From assembly GCF_009914755.1 (NCBI RefSeq), contig NC_060945.1: a stretch of DNA of 64,000 bases; one strand, given 5' to 3'. Shown here in pieces: positions 43,501 to 57,321 of the stretch (its first letter is position 1; every line of letters starts with the position of its first letter). The DNA is from the human T2T-CHM13v2.0 reference genome, Homo sapiens. The notes beneath the pieces are model-generated. The model ran no database searches. It saw nothing but the letters and a program-made list of their open reading frames with translations, and was not told where the DNA came from. The translations under genes were made by a program, and so were the position numbers.

Positions 43501-46431
43501 TAGCACAGATGAACATATCTCAATGGAGGTATCAGGCATGCAGGAGGAAGCATGTACATAGAAAATCATTCAATGACCACTAAGTTGGTTTTAATTTAAT
43601 GGAAACTATTTTAAGAAAAATAATTTTGCAAAAATCCCAGTTATCTTTGATATAGCTTTCTGACAGACTATTTTTGTTTCTTAGTATACCCTCTAAAAAA
43701 TACTGGAAAAAAACTGTCAAAATAATTTCAGGGCTTTTTTTTTTTTTTGCACAAAATGAGCAAAGCAGTAGTGTAGATTTCTGATAAATATATTTAAATT
43801 GTGTTAAAGTCTTCAGTTCAATGAAGATTCATGTTATTAAAATTGGCTTAACATTTGCTAACAGAACCATAATAAAGAAATGGAATTTTTCTTTATTTTA
43901 TTAACAAAAGCTAAACAATTTGACCAAAGGATTCATTTAAAATGAATAGTGCTCAAATTCCTACTCATACTCTGTGGATCAAAATAGTATATTATGTTCT
44001 TCATTACATCAAGTTGAAAGTGTGTACTTTAAAAATATTTAAACCAGTACATTTTAAATAATGAAATATTAATTTCCAAATATTGGGCAGATGATGCAAT
44101 AGTTTTTATGCCATATACTTTTCTTTCTATCTGAAACTCTTGAATATTTACATGTTGCTTAAACTGTTTCTTTTCTTATTAAAAGTTAAGTGTTGTTTTG
44201 AATAATTATAAATAATTTTAGGTGTGAACAATTATGCTTTGCTTGTTTTATTTAAGTCTATTTAATTCAATTTAAAATGTATTAAATTAAAATCCATTAA
44301 AATTAGTTGCATTAAAATTTAAATTTAGTAAAATTAAACCTATTCAATATAATATCATAGGAATATGAAACATCAATATGCAAAAACAAACAAACAAAAA
44401 ACAAGCAATAAACCTGTTTCTCTTGAAATACATGAGTATACAATCTGGGGGCTAGATAATCAAGAAAGCTCACTAATTAAGAAATTGAAATAGGATTTCT
44501 TGTAGAACTAACAGTGCCATTTAACTCAACCAGGATCCCAGTAAAAGATCCAAAAAGTACTCTGTTGTAGGCTAATTATCTTTCTCAATATGAGATGGCA
44601 CAGGTCTCACTGGAAACAATTAGGCTAAAAAATGTTCATTTGTAAGTTCCTGTTTCTACTCACATATATTTGATATATTTGAATGTACAATTTTTGAAAT
44701 TTTAGAAAAACTACTACATTTAGGAAAATACACATTTTTAATGGGAAACTGAAACAAAATATTAAACATCATCATAATGTATTTTAATATCATAAAAACT
44801 TTAAGCTTTCGTGAGGGAGTTTCTGTAGGGAGAAAATTAATCTGCCTTTCTTTTACCTTCCACTTTGTAAACTTCATTACAAGGCTTGTTAATTCAAGGA
44901 AAAATGTTCATTATTTTTAGCCTTTAAAGCTTAAAAGTACAATTGAGAATCATTCACTACAGGCACATCATTTTCCACTGACTGATCGCTGTCTGCTTTC
45001 AAAGAACAATCATTTGTAATCTTATGATATGATGGTGAGTAATCACCATCTTAAAGCGATTTCTTTCCTATTAACCTTTCTGTTAACTCCACAATTTGTT
45101 TACAACAAAAACAAATCAGTCAACACTTTTGTAATTTTCATTAGCAGCACAGCTTTTCTCTCTGATTCAAAAACAAAATCCTTGGTTGATGTGTTCATGA
45201 AATTCTGACTTTCTTTCCTGGAGTCTCTTTGCAGTATTAAAAACAGCATGGGTGAGTCTTTTTAAAAAGATTTGGAATCTGAGACAAATCAAAACGAGAG
45301 TTCTATTATCCCTAATATGCTCTTGAGAACAGTGATCAGATTCCTTAGCTGAGTCAGTTTCAGCACTCAAGTTTTACATGTGTGTGGCTGCTCTGAAAAC
45401 CACAGAGATATTTTGTGAAACCTTTTCTACTTTGAGAAAAAAACAGGAGTCATATGCAACGGCTCCAGAAATTAATAGGTCTTGAACCCATTTTGTTTTA
45501 GATAAAAATTGAGTAAATACAGAATAATTTTTCTTTCTTTTTTATCTTTTCTTTGTTGTTGTTGTTGTTTTTGTTGTTGCTCCTTATCCTTGGCATAAGG
45601 AGTTGGTACATTAATATTGTTTTAACACAAAGATATACAGGTTTATTGTCTGGAAATTATGTATGCAGCTTCAATTTATTTTATAAAACATCTGTGTATG
45701 TGTGATATACAAAGAATTACAGTTAGCCCTAGTTCACCCAATGCAAACCACATAACATTATTTTTTCCTCTCACTGCATAACCTACCATTAATTTTATTA
45801 ATGAGTTAAATCTTCAAATAACAGAAAGTCCTTGGATAATGACAAAGGTCAACTCCTCTGTGAGCTGGGCATTTAAAAATATTTTTAAAAGGTCAAACTA
45901 ATTTAAAACACTAGTCTATACCCTTCAGCTACGTTGATCCACAACTATTTGTACCATTGTTTGTTGAAGTGCAGAGTACACTCTCTAATAAAAAGATGGA
46001 AAACAAAACAATGACAGTCACAGCCAGAGGTCAATACTGAAAAGATTTTTAAAAATTCTATTAATAAAGCTAACAGTATATGATTTGAGTAAATGGTGAC
46101 AGGCAGTACTTTGTCAGCTGCTCTTGGAATACCTACCACTTTCATATGACAATTTTCCTTGCTGTGATAATTTGAATTTCCACCATAAAATAGCACTGCT
46201 GAGAGTCCGGCATTATATACTGTCACATGTAGTATTATATCTCAAACAGGATGACATGGTTCCCGCTCTCTAAGTACATCAGGAGTGAATGAGGAATACC
46301 CGAAGAAAACAAATACAACAATATCCTAACATTATGGCACAGGTAATGGCAAATTTTATCATTTCAATTAAAAATATTAAGTCAAGTAGAATTTATCAAA
46401 CAAGTAAACTGTGGAAGATAACTCATTGTCA

Positions 46432-46782
<351 letters not shown>

Positions 46783-47986
46783 TTATGTAAGTACAATCAA
46801 AACATACGTCTTTATTAATGCCTTTACTACTTAACGTTTTGAACAATATGTGTATAAAAATAAAGTCAAATCCATACGAAATCTTAATTTTTAAAAATTC
46901 TCGATGGAGCTGGTCATGGCAGAATCTAGGAAGAAGAGCAAGAGTTTTAAAAATCTTTATTTTTTTTAGAGCTACTTTAGTGACAGTTTATTTTTCCACC
47001 CAAACTTTTCTTTTAATCAAATTTATACTTGCAGCTCTTACCTTCTTTATAAATCACTGTAGAATAATCGCATAATTTGAAGTAGAAGGGAAAAAAATGT
47101 ACTCTTAAAATTGCTCCCTCTTGTTTCCATCCCCAGTCAACCCAGGTTACATTTGCAGTCCTTAAAAATGTGATGAATAGGAAATAGAGTCATTTAAATT
47201 TATATGTCACCTAGGAAATGTATAGAAAGGAATCTAAAAGCTAAGGGACTTTTTAGTGATAATACACTCAGGATTTCATCAGACTTTTACAACAGTTAAT
47301 AGGGTGAGAGATGGCATAGCTTCACAGTGCTAGAGATAATGCTCCATTCCCATAAGTAGTTATATAATACCAATCACAGCAGCACTTAGTCTTTAACAAA
47401 AGATCAAATGAGTTCTTTCTGGGAGTTACTTAATCCATAGATCAGGACAATAAAGAGACAGAGTATCACTGTACATTATTAAGAGGAAAGGACAGAGGGC
47501 AGTGGGTGTTGGGCAAAGGGTGGCTGTATGTGAGAAAGTCTTGCTACCAGGCTACTTTGACACAGTATTTGTACTTACAGGCTTCAGCATGGTCCCAATT
47601 CCTGCTCAATAAATCTCTAAGATTTAAAGATTTCTGAGATCAAAGAAAGTTTGAGGGATTTATTCCACTAGTCACTTGCCACAGTTCACATTTATAGTTA
47701 GAGGGTATAATTCCTTGCATTTGCAAAAGTAACTAGGGGTATTCACAAATACATATCTGAGCCTACTATAGTTATATAAACTATTGCATTTTGATACATT
47801 CATATAATTAAGTTAAACCCTTTAACCTGTAAGAGGATGGCCACTGAATCTGTATCCTTATCTCAGCACATTGAGCTTATTTGACTTAATATCTTAGCAG
47901 TTCTTGCCTGAAGTTTACAAAAGCATTGATGAACAAACTGGAATGATTTTTTAAAAAATGTTTAAACATTAACTATTAGTCCCCTT

Positions 47987-48516
47987 TGTATTAGTGAGGC
48001 TTCTGCAAAGAAATAGAACCAATAGTTAATCTCTCAGGATTATTCTAAGAAATTGGCTCATGCAATCATAGAGGCTGACAAGCACCAAGATCTACAATCA
48101 ATCTGAAAACCCAAGAGAGCTGATAGTATAGCTCCAGTCCATGTCCAAGGCTTAAGAACCAGGAGAGTGAAAGTGTAGTTCCAGTCTGAGACCATGTAGG
48201 ATTTAGACCCAGGAAGACCCAATGTTTCAGTTTGAGTCTGAATGCAGGAGAAAACCAATGTCCCCACTTGAAGGCACTCAGGCAGGAGAAATTCCCTTTA
48301 CTCCCAGGAGGGTCATCTTTTTTGCTCTATTCAGACATTCAACTCACTGAATAAGCCCCACTCACCTTGAAAAAGGCAATCTGTTTTATTTGGTCTACCA
48401 ATTAAAATGTAAATCTCATCCAGAAACACCGTCACCCCCACACCTAGCACAATGCTTGAACAAATATTTGGGCACTCTGGATCCCGGTAATGTTGACAGA
48501 TGAAATAATCATCACA
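47987..48516 (-). mobile_element. MLT2 (ERVL) solo LTR
   Basis: tgtattagt...agaaatagaaccaatag...aattggctcatgcaatcatagaggctgacaag...aatctcatccagaaacacc...catcaca. Confidence 0.82.
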
Positions 48517-49361
48517 TTCTGCAAATGCATTTCTCTGTAATTTCAGTATTTTACTCACTCAAACTGTAGTTGTTTTTGAGATAAGAGTCAATAAAGGTCA
48601 TGCAAGGGCATTTAATCAGATATCTTAATTTTAAATAGTGGAAAGCCAAAAGAATCAGTTCCAATATTTTTTCCCTAGAGATCCACCAATAGTTCTCCAT
48701 TGTTTTTATAGAGGACTTAAAGGTGATTCACTCAATTATCTTCCCAAAAGAACAATGACAGACTTAGTAGCGCCATCTAAATTATACCCCCCATATATAT
48801 ATTTTAGTGAGATATTTGTGGAACATCTTATAACAGATGCAGGTTATCAACTAAATTTCTCTTTTGATGTGGTTTTGTTTGGTCTTCTAAACAGTATTTT
48901 ATAAAACAATTAAGAGTAAAATACTCAATCCAACAAATTTCTTTTGTCCACATGTCTAGGAAGGAATGTGCTTTATTGGTGGGTGGTTGACAATAATTGG
49001 AACATGGAGAATGAGTGTTTCTAGATGAACAGTGAACTACAGAGGGTGGAAAATATTATCATGCTACTCCCAATCACCAGCAAATGATTGACATTAATTT
49101 GTCAGTCTGGATTGCAATAAACCAAAATACAGTGTTTTATGGTAGAGTTATAAATATTATCTTCTTTAGTAATAAAAAAATATAAAACAACACTATTGCC
49201 TGGAGGAGGTATTAAATAATTTTTATATTAATTGTAGGAAACCATAATGTCTCTCTTATTTAAGAGAAGCCATTACACACTCAATGTTAAAATGTGGAAA
49301 GGTGCAGAATAAGCAAATACATAAATTTTTAATAGGATTTGTGAATTATTCAGTTTATTTC

Positions 49362-49714
49362 TGTCTTAGTTACTTTGGACTACTATGGCACATTAGCATA
49401 GACTGGGTGGCTTAACCAAAATTTATGTCTCATTTCTAGTGTCTGAGAAGTCTGAGATCAAGATGCTGGAAGATCCAGTGTCTGATGAGGGCTTACTTCT
49501 TGGTTTGCAGAAAACTGACTTCTTGTTGTATCATCATATGGCAGAAGGAGAGCTAATAAGCTCTCTAGCCTCTTATAAAAAGTACTAATCCCATTTATGA
49601 GGCCTCCACTCTCATGACTTAATCACCGCCCAAGGGCCCCACCTTCAAATACCTTCACATTGGGATTAGAGTTTTAACATATGAATTTCGAGGAAACAGA
49701 TTCTGTCTATTTCA
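49362..49714 (-). mobile_element. MLT1A-type MaLR LTR
   Basis: tgtcttagt...gactgggtggctta...aagtctgagatcaagatgc...cacattgggattag...catatgaattt. Confidence 0.8.
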
Positions 49715-49769
49715 GTCCCTTATTTTAGCTATCAGCAAGTTTGGCCAAACCAGTATTTTTCTCTTAAAT

Positions 49770-50632
49770 TTAATTTTAGCAGCCAGATTATGATATCACT
49801 GACTTTCCTCATGCTGCACATATTAAAATGTACAAGTTGACAAGTTATGACCTGTGTATACAACTGCAAAACCATCACCACAACCAAGATAACCAGCATA
49901 TCCATCATCCCAGAAAGTTTGCTTAGGCCTCTTCCTAATTATTTCTCATTGCTTTTCTCTACTCACTCTCACACAGTTTCCAGAAAACTACTAATCTAAT
50001 TTTGTTCACTCTACATTAGTTTGCATTTTTGAAAAATGACATAAAGGGAATTACATATTATAGCACACATAATTTCGTCTGGGTTCTGTCATTCAGCATA
50101 ATTATTGTGAGTTTCATCTGTATCATGTGTCAGTAGCCCATTCCATTTGATTGCTCAGTAGCATTTCATTGTATTCATATACCACAATTGTTCATCTATT
50201 GACCTGTTGACAGACATTAGAGTTGCTTACCAATAAAACTGTAGAAACATCTGTTTATAAATAATCATACAGATAAATGCTTTTATTTCTCTTGAGTAAA
50301 TTCCCAGTAACAAAAGAGATGGCTCATAAGTGTAGGTGTCTATTTAACTTTTCAAGAAACTGCCACTCTGTTCCCAAAATGGCATTATCATTTCATTTTC
50401 TCCACAGCAGTATATGAGAGTTCCAGTTTTTCTGTATTCTCACAAACACTTGGTATGATTGGCCATTTTTGTTTAAAGCCATTCTGATTGGTATATAGTA
50501 GTATTTTTATGACAGTTTTAATTTGCAGTTTCCTTATGGACAATGATGTTGAGCATATTTTTCCTGTGCTTATTTACCATCTCTCTATACCTTATGGTAG
50601 GGTGTCTGTTAAAATATTTTGCCTATTTTTAA
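49770..50632 (-). mobile_element. Old L1M (L1MB/ME-like) 3' end
   Basis: 'aaaccatcaccacaaccaagata', 'tttaacttttcaagaaactgcca' and 'aatgatgttgagcatattt'. Confidence 0.75.
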
Positions 50633-53600
50633 TTGATAAAATTCAACACCCATTATTACTAAAAAGTTTCAGCCAACCAGGAATAGAAGGAATCTTTCTC
50701 AATCTGATATAACATCTTGAAACATCTATAGTTAACATCAAACTTAATGGTGAAAGGCTGAATTTTTTCTTTTTACTAATATCAGGAACAAGACAAAAAT
50801 GTCCAGTCTTACTATTTCTCTTTAGCATTGTAGTGGAGCTTTGGCTAGTGCAGTTGGGCAAGAAAAATAAGTTAGAAAGAAGTAGAACTTGTTTTTACAT
50901 AGATGACATGATTATGTACAAATTCTGACCAAACCTATGAAAAAGCTACTGGAACTAATAAACGAGATCAGTAATTAAAGTTACATATACTAGTAATAAT
51001 ATTTAAATATTTTGTTAATTTTAAAACTATCATGTATAATAGCATAAAAGTATGAAATATTTAGGAATGAATCTGATAAAACGTGAAATATCTGTATTCT
51101 CTACTCTGAGAACTGAAACCTTTATAATGTTGCTGAGAGAAATTAAAGAAGACCTAAATAAATGGAAGAGATAAATCATGTTCATACCTCTGGGTACTTA
51201 ATATTTTTAAGATGTACATTCATCTTAATTTGCTAAAAATTCAATAATATCCCAATCAAAATCCTAGGGAGCTTTTGTTTGGTGGAATTAACAAATCGGT
51301 TCTAAAATTTATATGGGAATCCACAGTATCTACAAGAGCCGAAATGCTAGTGAAAGTGAATAACAGAGTTGGAGAACTAACGTAACTAAGAACTTAACAT
51401 AATTTCAAGACATACTACAAAGCCATTATAATCAAGACTGTGTTATGGTTGTTAAGATAGATACATAGATCCATAGAACAGGGTAGAAAATGAAGCAAAA
51501 AAAATATATATATATACAGACATATATGAACAACTGATTTTCAAAAGAGTAAAAGTTTTTCTTCTAGGGTTTTTATGGTTTTGAGTTTTACATTTAATTC
51601 TTTAATCCATCTTGAGATAATTTTTGTATAAGGTGTAAGGAAGGGGTCCAGTTTTAGTTTTCTGCATATGGCTAGCCAGTGTTCCCAGCTATTTATTGAA
51701 TAGGAGATCCTTTCCCCATTGCTATTGCTTGTTTTTGTTTTTTTGAAAATCAGATGGTTGTAGATGTGTGGTGTTATTTCTGAAGTCTCTGTTCCATTCC
51801 ATTAGTCTATATGTCTGTTTTGATACCAGTAGGTTACTGTAGCCTTGTAGTACAGTTTGAAGCCAGGTAGCGTGATGCCTCCAGCTTTGCTCTTTTTGCT
51901 TAGCATTGTCTTGGCTGTATGGGGTCTTCTTTGATTCCATATGAAATTTAAAGTAGTTTTTTCTAATTATGTGAAGAATGTAAATAGTAGTTTGATGGGA
52001 ATGGCATTGAATCTAGAAATTACTTTGGGCAGTATGGCCACTTACACAATATTGATTCTTCCTATCCATGAGGATGGAATTTTTTTTATTTGTTTGTGTC
52101 CTCTCTTATTTCCTTGAGCAATGGATTGTAGTTCTCCTTGAAGAGGTCCTTCATGTCCCTTGTTAGCTGTATTCCTAGGTATTTTATTCTCTTTGTATCA
52201 ATTGTGAATGGGAGTTCATTCATGATTTGGCTCTCTGCTTGTCTATTGTTTGTGTAAAGGAATGCTTGTGATTTTTGCACATTGATTTTGTATCTTGAGA
52301 CTTTGCTGAAGTTGCTTATAAGTTTAAGAAGTTTTGGGGCTGAGGTGATGGGGTTTTTCTAAATATAAAATCATGTCTTCTGCAAACAAAGAAAATTTGA
52401 TTTCCTCTCATCCTATTTGAGTACGCTTTATTTCTTTCTCTTGCCTGATTGTCTTGGCTGGAACTTCCAACACTAAGTTGAATAGGAGTGGCATCATTCA
52501 GGACATAGGCATGGGCAAAGACTTCATGATGAAAATGCCAACGAAAACCAAAATTGACAAATGGGATCTAATTAAACTAAAGAGCTTCTGCATAGAAAAA
52601 GAAACTATCAGCAGAGTGAACAGGCGACATACAGAATGGGAGAACATTTTAGCAATCTACCCATCCGACAAAGGTCTAATATTCAGAATCTACAAGGAAT
52701 TTAAACAAATTTACAAGAAAAAAACAAACAACCCCATCAAAAAGCAGGCAAACAATATGAACAGACACTTCTCAAAAGAAGGCATTTACATGGCCAACAA
52801 ACGTGAAAGAAAGCTCAACATCACTAATTATCAGAGAAACGCAAATCAAAACCACAATGAGATACCATCTTATGCCAGTCAGAATGGCGATTATTAAAAA
52901 GTCAAGAAACAATAGATGTTGGCAAGGTTGTGGACAAATGAGAATGCTTTTACACTGTTGATGGGAATGTAAATTAGTTCAACCATTGTGGAAGAGAGTA
53001 TGGCGATTCCTCGAGGATCTAGAACCAGATATACCATTTGACTCAACAATCCCATGTCTGGGTATATACCCAAAGGAATAGAGATCATTCTACTATAAAG
53101 ACACATGCACACATATGTTTATTGCAGCACTATTTACAATGGCAAAGACCTGGAACCAACCCAAATGCCCATCAATGATAGACTGGCTAGAGAAAATGTG
53201 GTAGGTATACACCATGGAATACTAAGCAGCCAAAAAAAGGAATGATTGCATTTCCTTTGCAGGGATATAGATGAAGCTGGAAGCCATCATCCTCATCAAA
53301 CTAACACAGGAACAGAAAACCAAACACCACGTGTCCTCACTCATAAGTGGGAGTTGAACAATGAGAACACATGGAAATTGAGAGAAGGGATCAATACATA
53401 CCAAGGCCCGTTGTGGGTTGCGGGGGTGAGAGGAAGGAACTTAGAGGACAGGTCAATAGGTGCAGCAAACCACCATGGCACACGCATACTTATGTAACAA
53501 ACCTGCACGCTCTGCACATGTATCCTGTTGTTTGTTGTTGTTATTGTTCTTGTTTTGTAGAAGTAAAGAAAAAAATAAAAAAAAGAAGAAAATTAATTCA

Positions 53601-53720
53601 ATGGAAATAGGAGACTCATTACAACAATGGTGGTATAGCAATTTAATGAACTTTGGCCTGTACCTCACATCATACACAAAGTGAACTAAAAAAAGAATAA
53701 GCATAAATGCTAAAACTTAA
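50633..53720 (+). mobile_element. Old L1M ORF2 segment interrupted by a younger L1PA
   Basis: 'ttgataaaattcaacaccc' and 'gagagaaattaaagaagacctaaataaatgg' on the left. It resumes after 53593 as 'aattcaatggaaa...cctcacatcatacacaaa'. Confidence 0.75.
51555..53590 (+). mobile_element. L1PA (about PA8-PA10), 5'-truncated with an inverted 5' part (51555-52490 antisense; 52490-53590 sense plus tail)
   Basis: Minus-strand [27 protein letters not shown] and plus-strand [14 protein letters not shown]...[14 protein letters not shown] are both L1 ORF2. Confidence 0.9.
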
Positions 53721-55383
53721 TAAAAATGATTTTATAAGTTAGTTTTAAGACACACAGAGAAGGTTCTCCACATGTAATAAAGTAATGAGAGGTAAGGCAG
53801 GAATCATGAAGAACTATGATTTATTTCTTAAATCTGTAAATATTCATAATCAATGAGAGAGGATGTAGGGGTACACAGTAATATTGATGAGGTAAACAAG
53901 TGAATTCTTAATCAATAGTGGTCATTGTCCTACTTCTTCCTAAAAGGAATTAATTTCCAACCAAACCTGGATAATATTTCTTCTGTTTTTATTCTTCACA
54001 TGAATAGAGTTACCTCTAAGAGTTATAGAGTTGGGAATTTTGTCCAGCCCTGACATTTATTGAAACAAATGTTATCTATCAACTCAGTGATATAAATTTT
54101 AATTTTCAATAAATGAGAATCTCTTAAAGAAATAATGGTAGTAATAATGATGAAATATCTTTGCAAAAGATATCAAAGTTTCAGATTGTATAATAGTTTG
54201 AACATCAAGTTGATCATTTGAAAAATTTCGTTATTTAAGTATTCAACTTTGTCCAAAGGATGTAGACCTGTATTAGGAGACATAATAAAATATTATCAAT
54301 AATAAATGTGCCTTATTTGAATAAATTAATATTTGAGAGCCTTTCTGACTGACAATGTCAGCAGGAAAAATGGAAATGAAACATTTGCATTAGCAGATTC
54401 AGAAGTGCTAGAAAAGGTACAAATACGGAAGCTGGGGAATTTCACGGTTCTAACTACTAACAATAGAAAAGAATTTTTATACATGCCTTTGGGAGTTAAA
54501 ATAAGAATTAAACATTGTTTTATATCCTTACATTTATTTTCAGAAATAATTTCACCTATGTTACTGTATTTTGGGAATAGCCTCTATGACTATTCAGAAA
54601 ATATTTATAATCTCAAAATAAGAGTGATTGAAACACACATAAAAAAATCCAGAGGCAGAAGTTATAGGGCTTCCTCCCTATCGAAGGGTCCAACATTCTT
54701 CTGTTTTCTACTCCATCATTATTGATTCCTGTATCTATTATCAAGTCAAGTCATACATACTCCAAGATGGCTACTGAAGCCTGGACCAAATCTGCTCTTT
54801 CAATTCAACAGATGGGGAAAGACATCAAAAGGGTACATTGTCAACTGAATAGGCTTTCTTTAAGGAACCTTCCTGAAAGTTGAATACATCCATTCTCTTT
54901 ACCTCTCTTTAATTAGAATCTAGATTATATGGCAACAACAAGATACATGGGTTATATCATTTTGTAGCTTGGTTTACCTTATAAATTGTATATGACTTTA
55001 TATGGGAAGAACATGAGGATAAATGTTGGGTAGGCAACTAGCAAGCTCTGTTGAAGTCTCTATTGTTATTAGGCCACACTAAATTTTCACATTTTTTCTC
55101 TATTTTGGGGGTACAGAATATTATCAGTTAGGAACAATCATTCTTAAATGTATAGCTATACACATGACAAGTATGCAGTACAATCATTCTTAAATGCATA
55201 CATATACACATGACAAGTATGCAATTACAATGCTGGAGACAGTCTGAGTTTGCATTTCCACATGTGTGCTCAGAAAGTACTTTTTAAATACTTGCCTTAG
55301 TGTCATAATCAAATAGTATTGTATAAATAATTGTACCACTTCAACATTATTCACTGGAAGGCACAAACTGTACTTAATGCATC

Positions 55384-55746
55384 TGTATCAGTCAACTGTT
55401 GCTATATTATAAACAATTAACACAATCTCAGTGACATTAAAAATAAACATTTCCTCTCAAGCATCTGTTAATCAGAGAGGGCAGCTCTTCTGACCTCAGT
55501 TGGACAGACTCAGTAATCCACTTATTAAGCTCAGCAACTTGATTCTTCTTCAGGTACCTAGCAGTGAATAAAGAAACAAGCCTAATGCTGTAAGCCCTTG
55601 GTTGTGTCAATTGCACAAACCAAGTCACTTAGTTCAAAGTCGAGAGTCAGGGAAGTAGATTCCTTTGTAAGAATTGTACAACTACATGAAAAGGAGCAAT
55701 GATATAGGAAAGAATGGAGAATGGGCTGGCAATTAAACCTACCACA
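55384..55746. mobile_element. Old MLT1-type LTR fragment
   Basis: 'tgtatcagtcaactgttgct...aatctcagtgacattaaaaataaacatt' through 'ctaccaca'. Confidence 0.4.
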
Positions 55747-56021
55747 GTAAAAATCCTCCCATATAAAGTCATATTGAAACCTCCTGAATTTAGGGCCTGA
55801 CATAGTTGACCTCATTAAACAGATTATAAAATGAGGACGGAAATACATTTTAAACCACCACTTTGTTCAGGCTTCTTTGCCCATACCTTCTTAAAAACAT
55901 TTCCTTAAAAACATTTCCTATATATAGCTTCACATTATTTCTTAAAAATGATCATTGAAGTTTAATATATACCAGTTTTCTACTACTTTAATAAGTTCTT
56001 TAATATTAAGAACTTATTCAT

Positions 56022-56346
<325 letters not shown>

Positions 56347-56679
56347 TCATCTGAATGCCTCCTACTACTGGTTGCACAATTGGTTCATCATTGTGCCAAG
56401 TCTTCCACTGTGCCAGAACAACTGTAAATATAAATAAAACCTAAGGAATGTAACATAAATGAGGATTCATTAAAGTCTAAGGATTAAACAAATCTATATA
56501 TAAAGTATTGAAAATAAATTCCTGGCAATAAATAACACTCATTTTATAGTATGTTGTTATTAAAGACATTTTACTGAACATGAATTCTTTGCAAGATAAT
56601 GTTATAATAAGTTAATATTTAATTTTTTTAAATTGGACATTTTATTTTTTAAAAAGACCATGAAAAGTCGTGCTTTTCC

Positions 56680-56830
56680 ACTTACAGGCTGCATGACTTG
56701 GGCAAATAATTCAGCTGCTATGATTCTCAGATGTATTCTTTTTACATAATACATATGAGATTTAAAATAAAATATATATCTGAAATACTTAGCAAAGTGC
56801 TTGGCATATATTATGCTGTAAATAAGTATT
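56680..56830 (+). mobile_element. MIR fragment
   Basis: 'tgacttgggcaaataattc' and 'aaagtgcttggcatata...taaata'. Confidence 0.5.
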
Positions 56831-56864
56831 ATCTTTTTTGTTGTCTATTTCCCTCTATCAGTCA

Positions 56865-56917
56865 GAGTCAATTCAGAAAACAAAATCACATCAGTTACTT
56901 TACCAATAGAATTTAAT
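56865..56917 (-). terminator. Candidate host polyadenylation signal (ATTAAA plus downstream U/GU-rich element) next to the truncated LTR
   Basis: Plus-strand tttaat at 56912-56917 reads ATTAAA on minus, followed on minus by TGTGATTTTGTTTTCTG (about 56874-56890). Confidence 0.5.
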
Positions 56918-56970
56918 GTAAACAATTGTTAACCATGTACAAATTTGTTAATTAGCTTATAAGAAAGTCC

Positions 56971-57227
56971 TGGTGATGACTCTTAAGGAGCATGCTGCCT
57001 TCAAGCATCTGTTTAACAAAGCACATCTTGCACTGCCCTTAATCCATTCAACTCTGAGTTGACACAGCACATGTTTCAGAGAGCATGGGGTTGGGGGTAA
57101 GGTCATAGATTAACAGAATCTCAAGGCAGAAGAATTTCTCCTAGTACATAAGAAAATGGAGTCTCCTATGTCTACTTCTTTCTACACAGACACAGTAACA
57201 ATCTGATCTCTCTTGCTTTTCCCCACA
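56971..57227 (-). mobile_element. LTR5_Hs-type 3' LTR, first 257 bp of U3 only
   Basis: Minus strand begins TGTGGGGAAAAGCAAGAGAGATCAGATTG and homology stops after ...TTAAGAGTCATCACCA. Confidence 0.93.
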
Positions 57228-57321
57228 TTTCCCCCTTCTCTTTTCGACAAAACTGCCATCGTCATCTTGGCCTGTTCTTGATGGTCGCTGTCTCTTCGGA
57301 GCTGTTGGGTACACCTGCAGA
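57141..57321 (-). CDS. np9: np9 second coding exon, open
   Basis: Acceptor TGTTGTTAG|T, then [59 protein letters not shown]. Confidence 0.75.

Noticed and set aside
52454-52897. 147-aa ORF as a novel gene
   Set aside because: It is L1 ORF2 sequence read across the inversion junction and then frameshifted.
54333-54725. 130-aa ORF
   Set aside because: TTG start, no recognisable domain, and its 3' part appears to run into an old LTR-like remnant. Likely chance.
55457-55469. tcaagcatctgtt also found in the HERV-K LTR near 57001, as a possible displaced LTR piece
   Set aside because: Only 13 bp, with no extension, inside an old MLT-like element.
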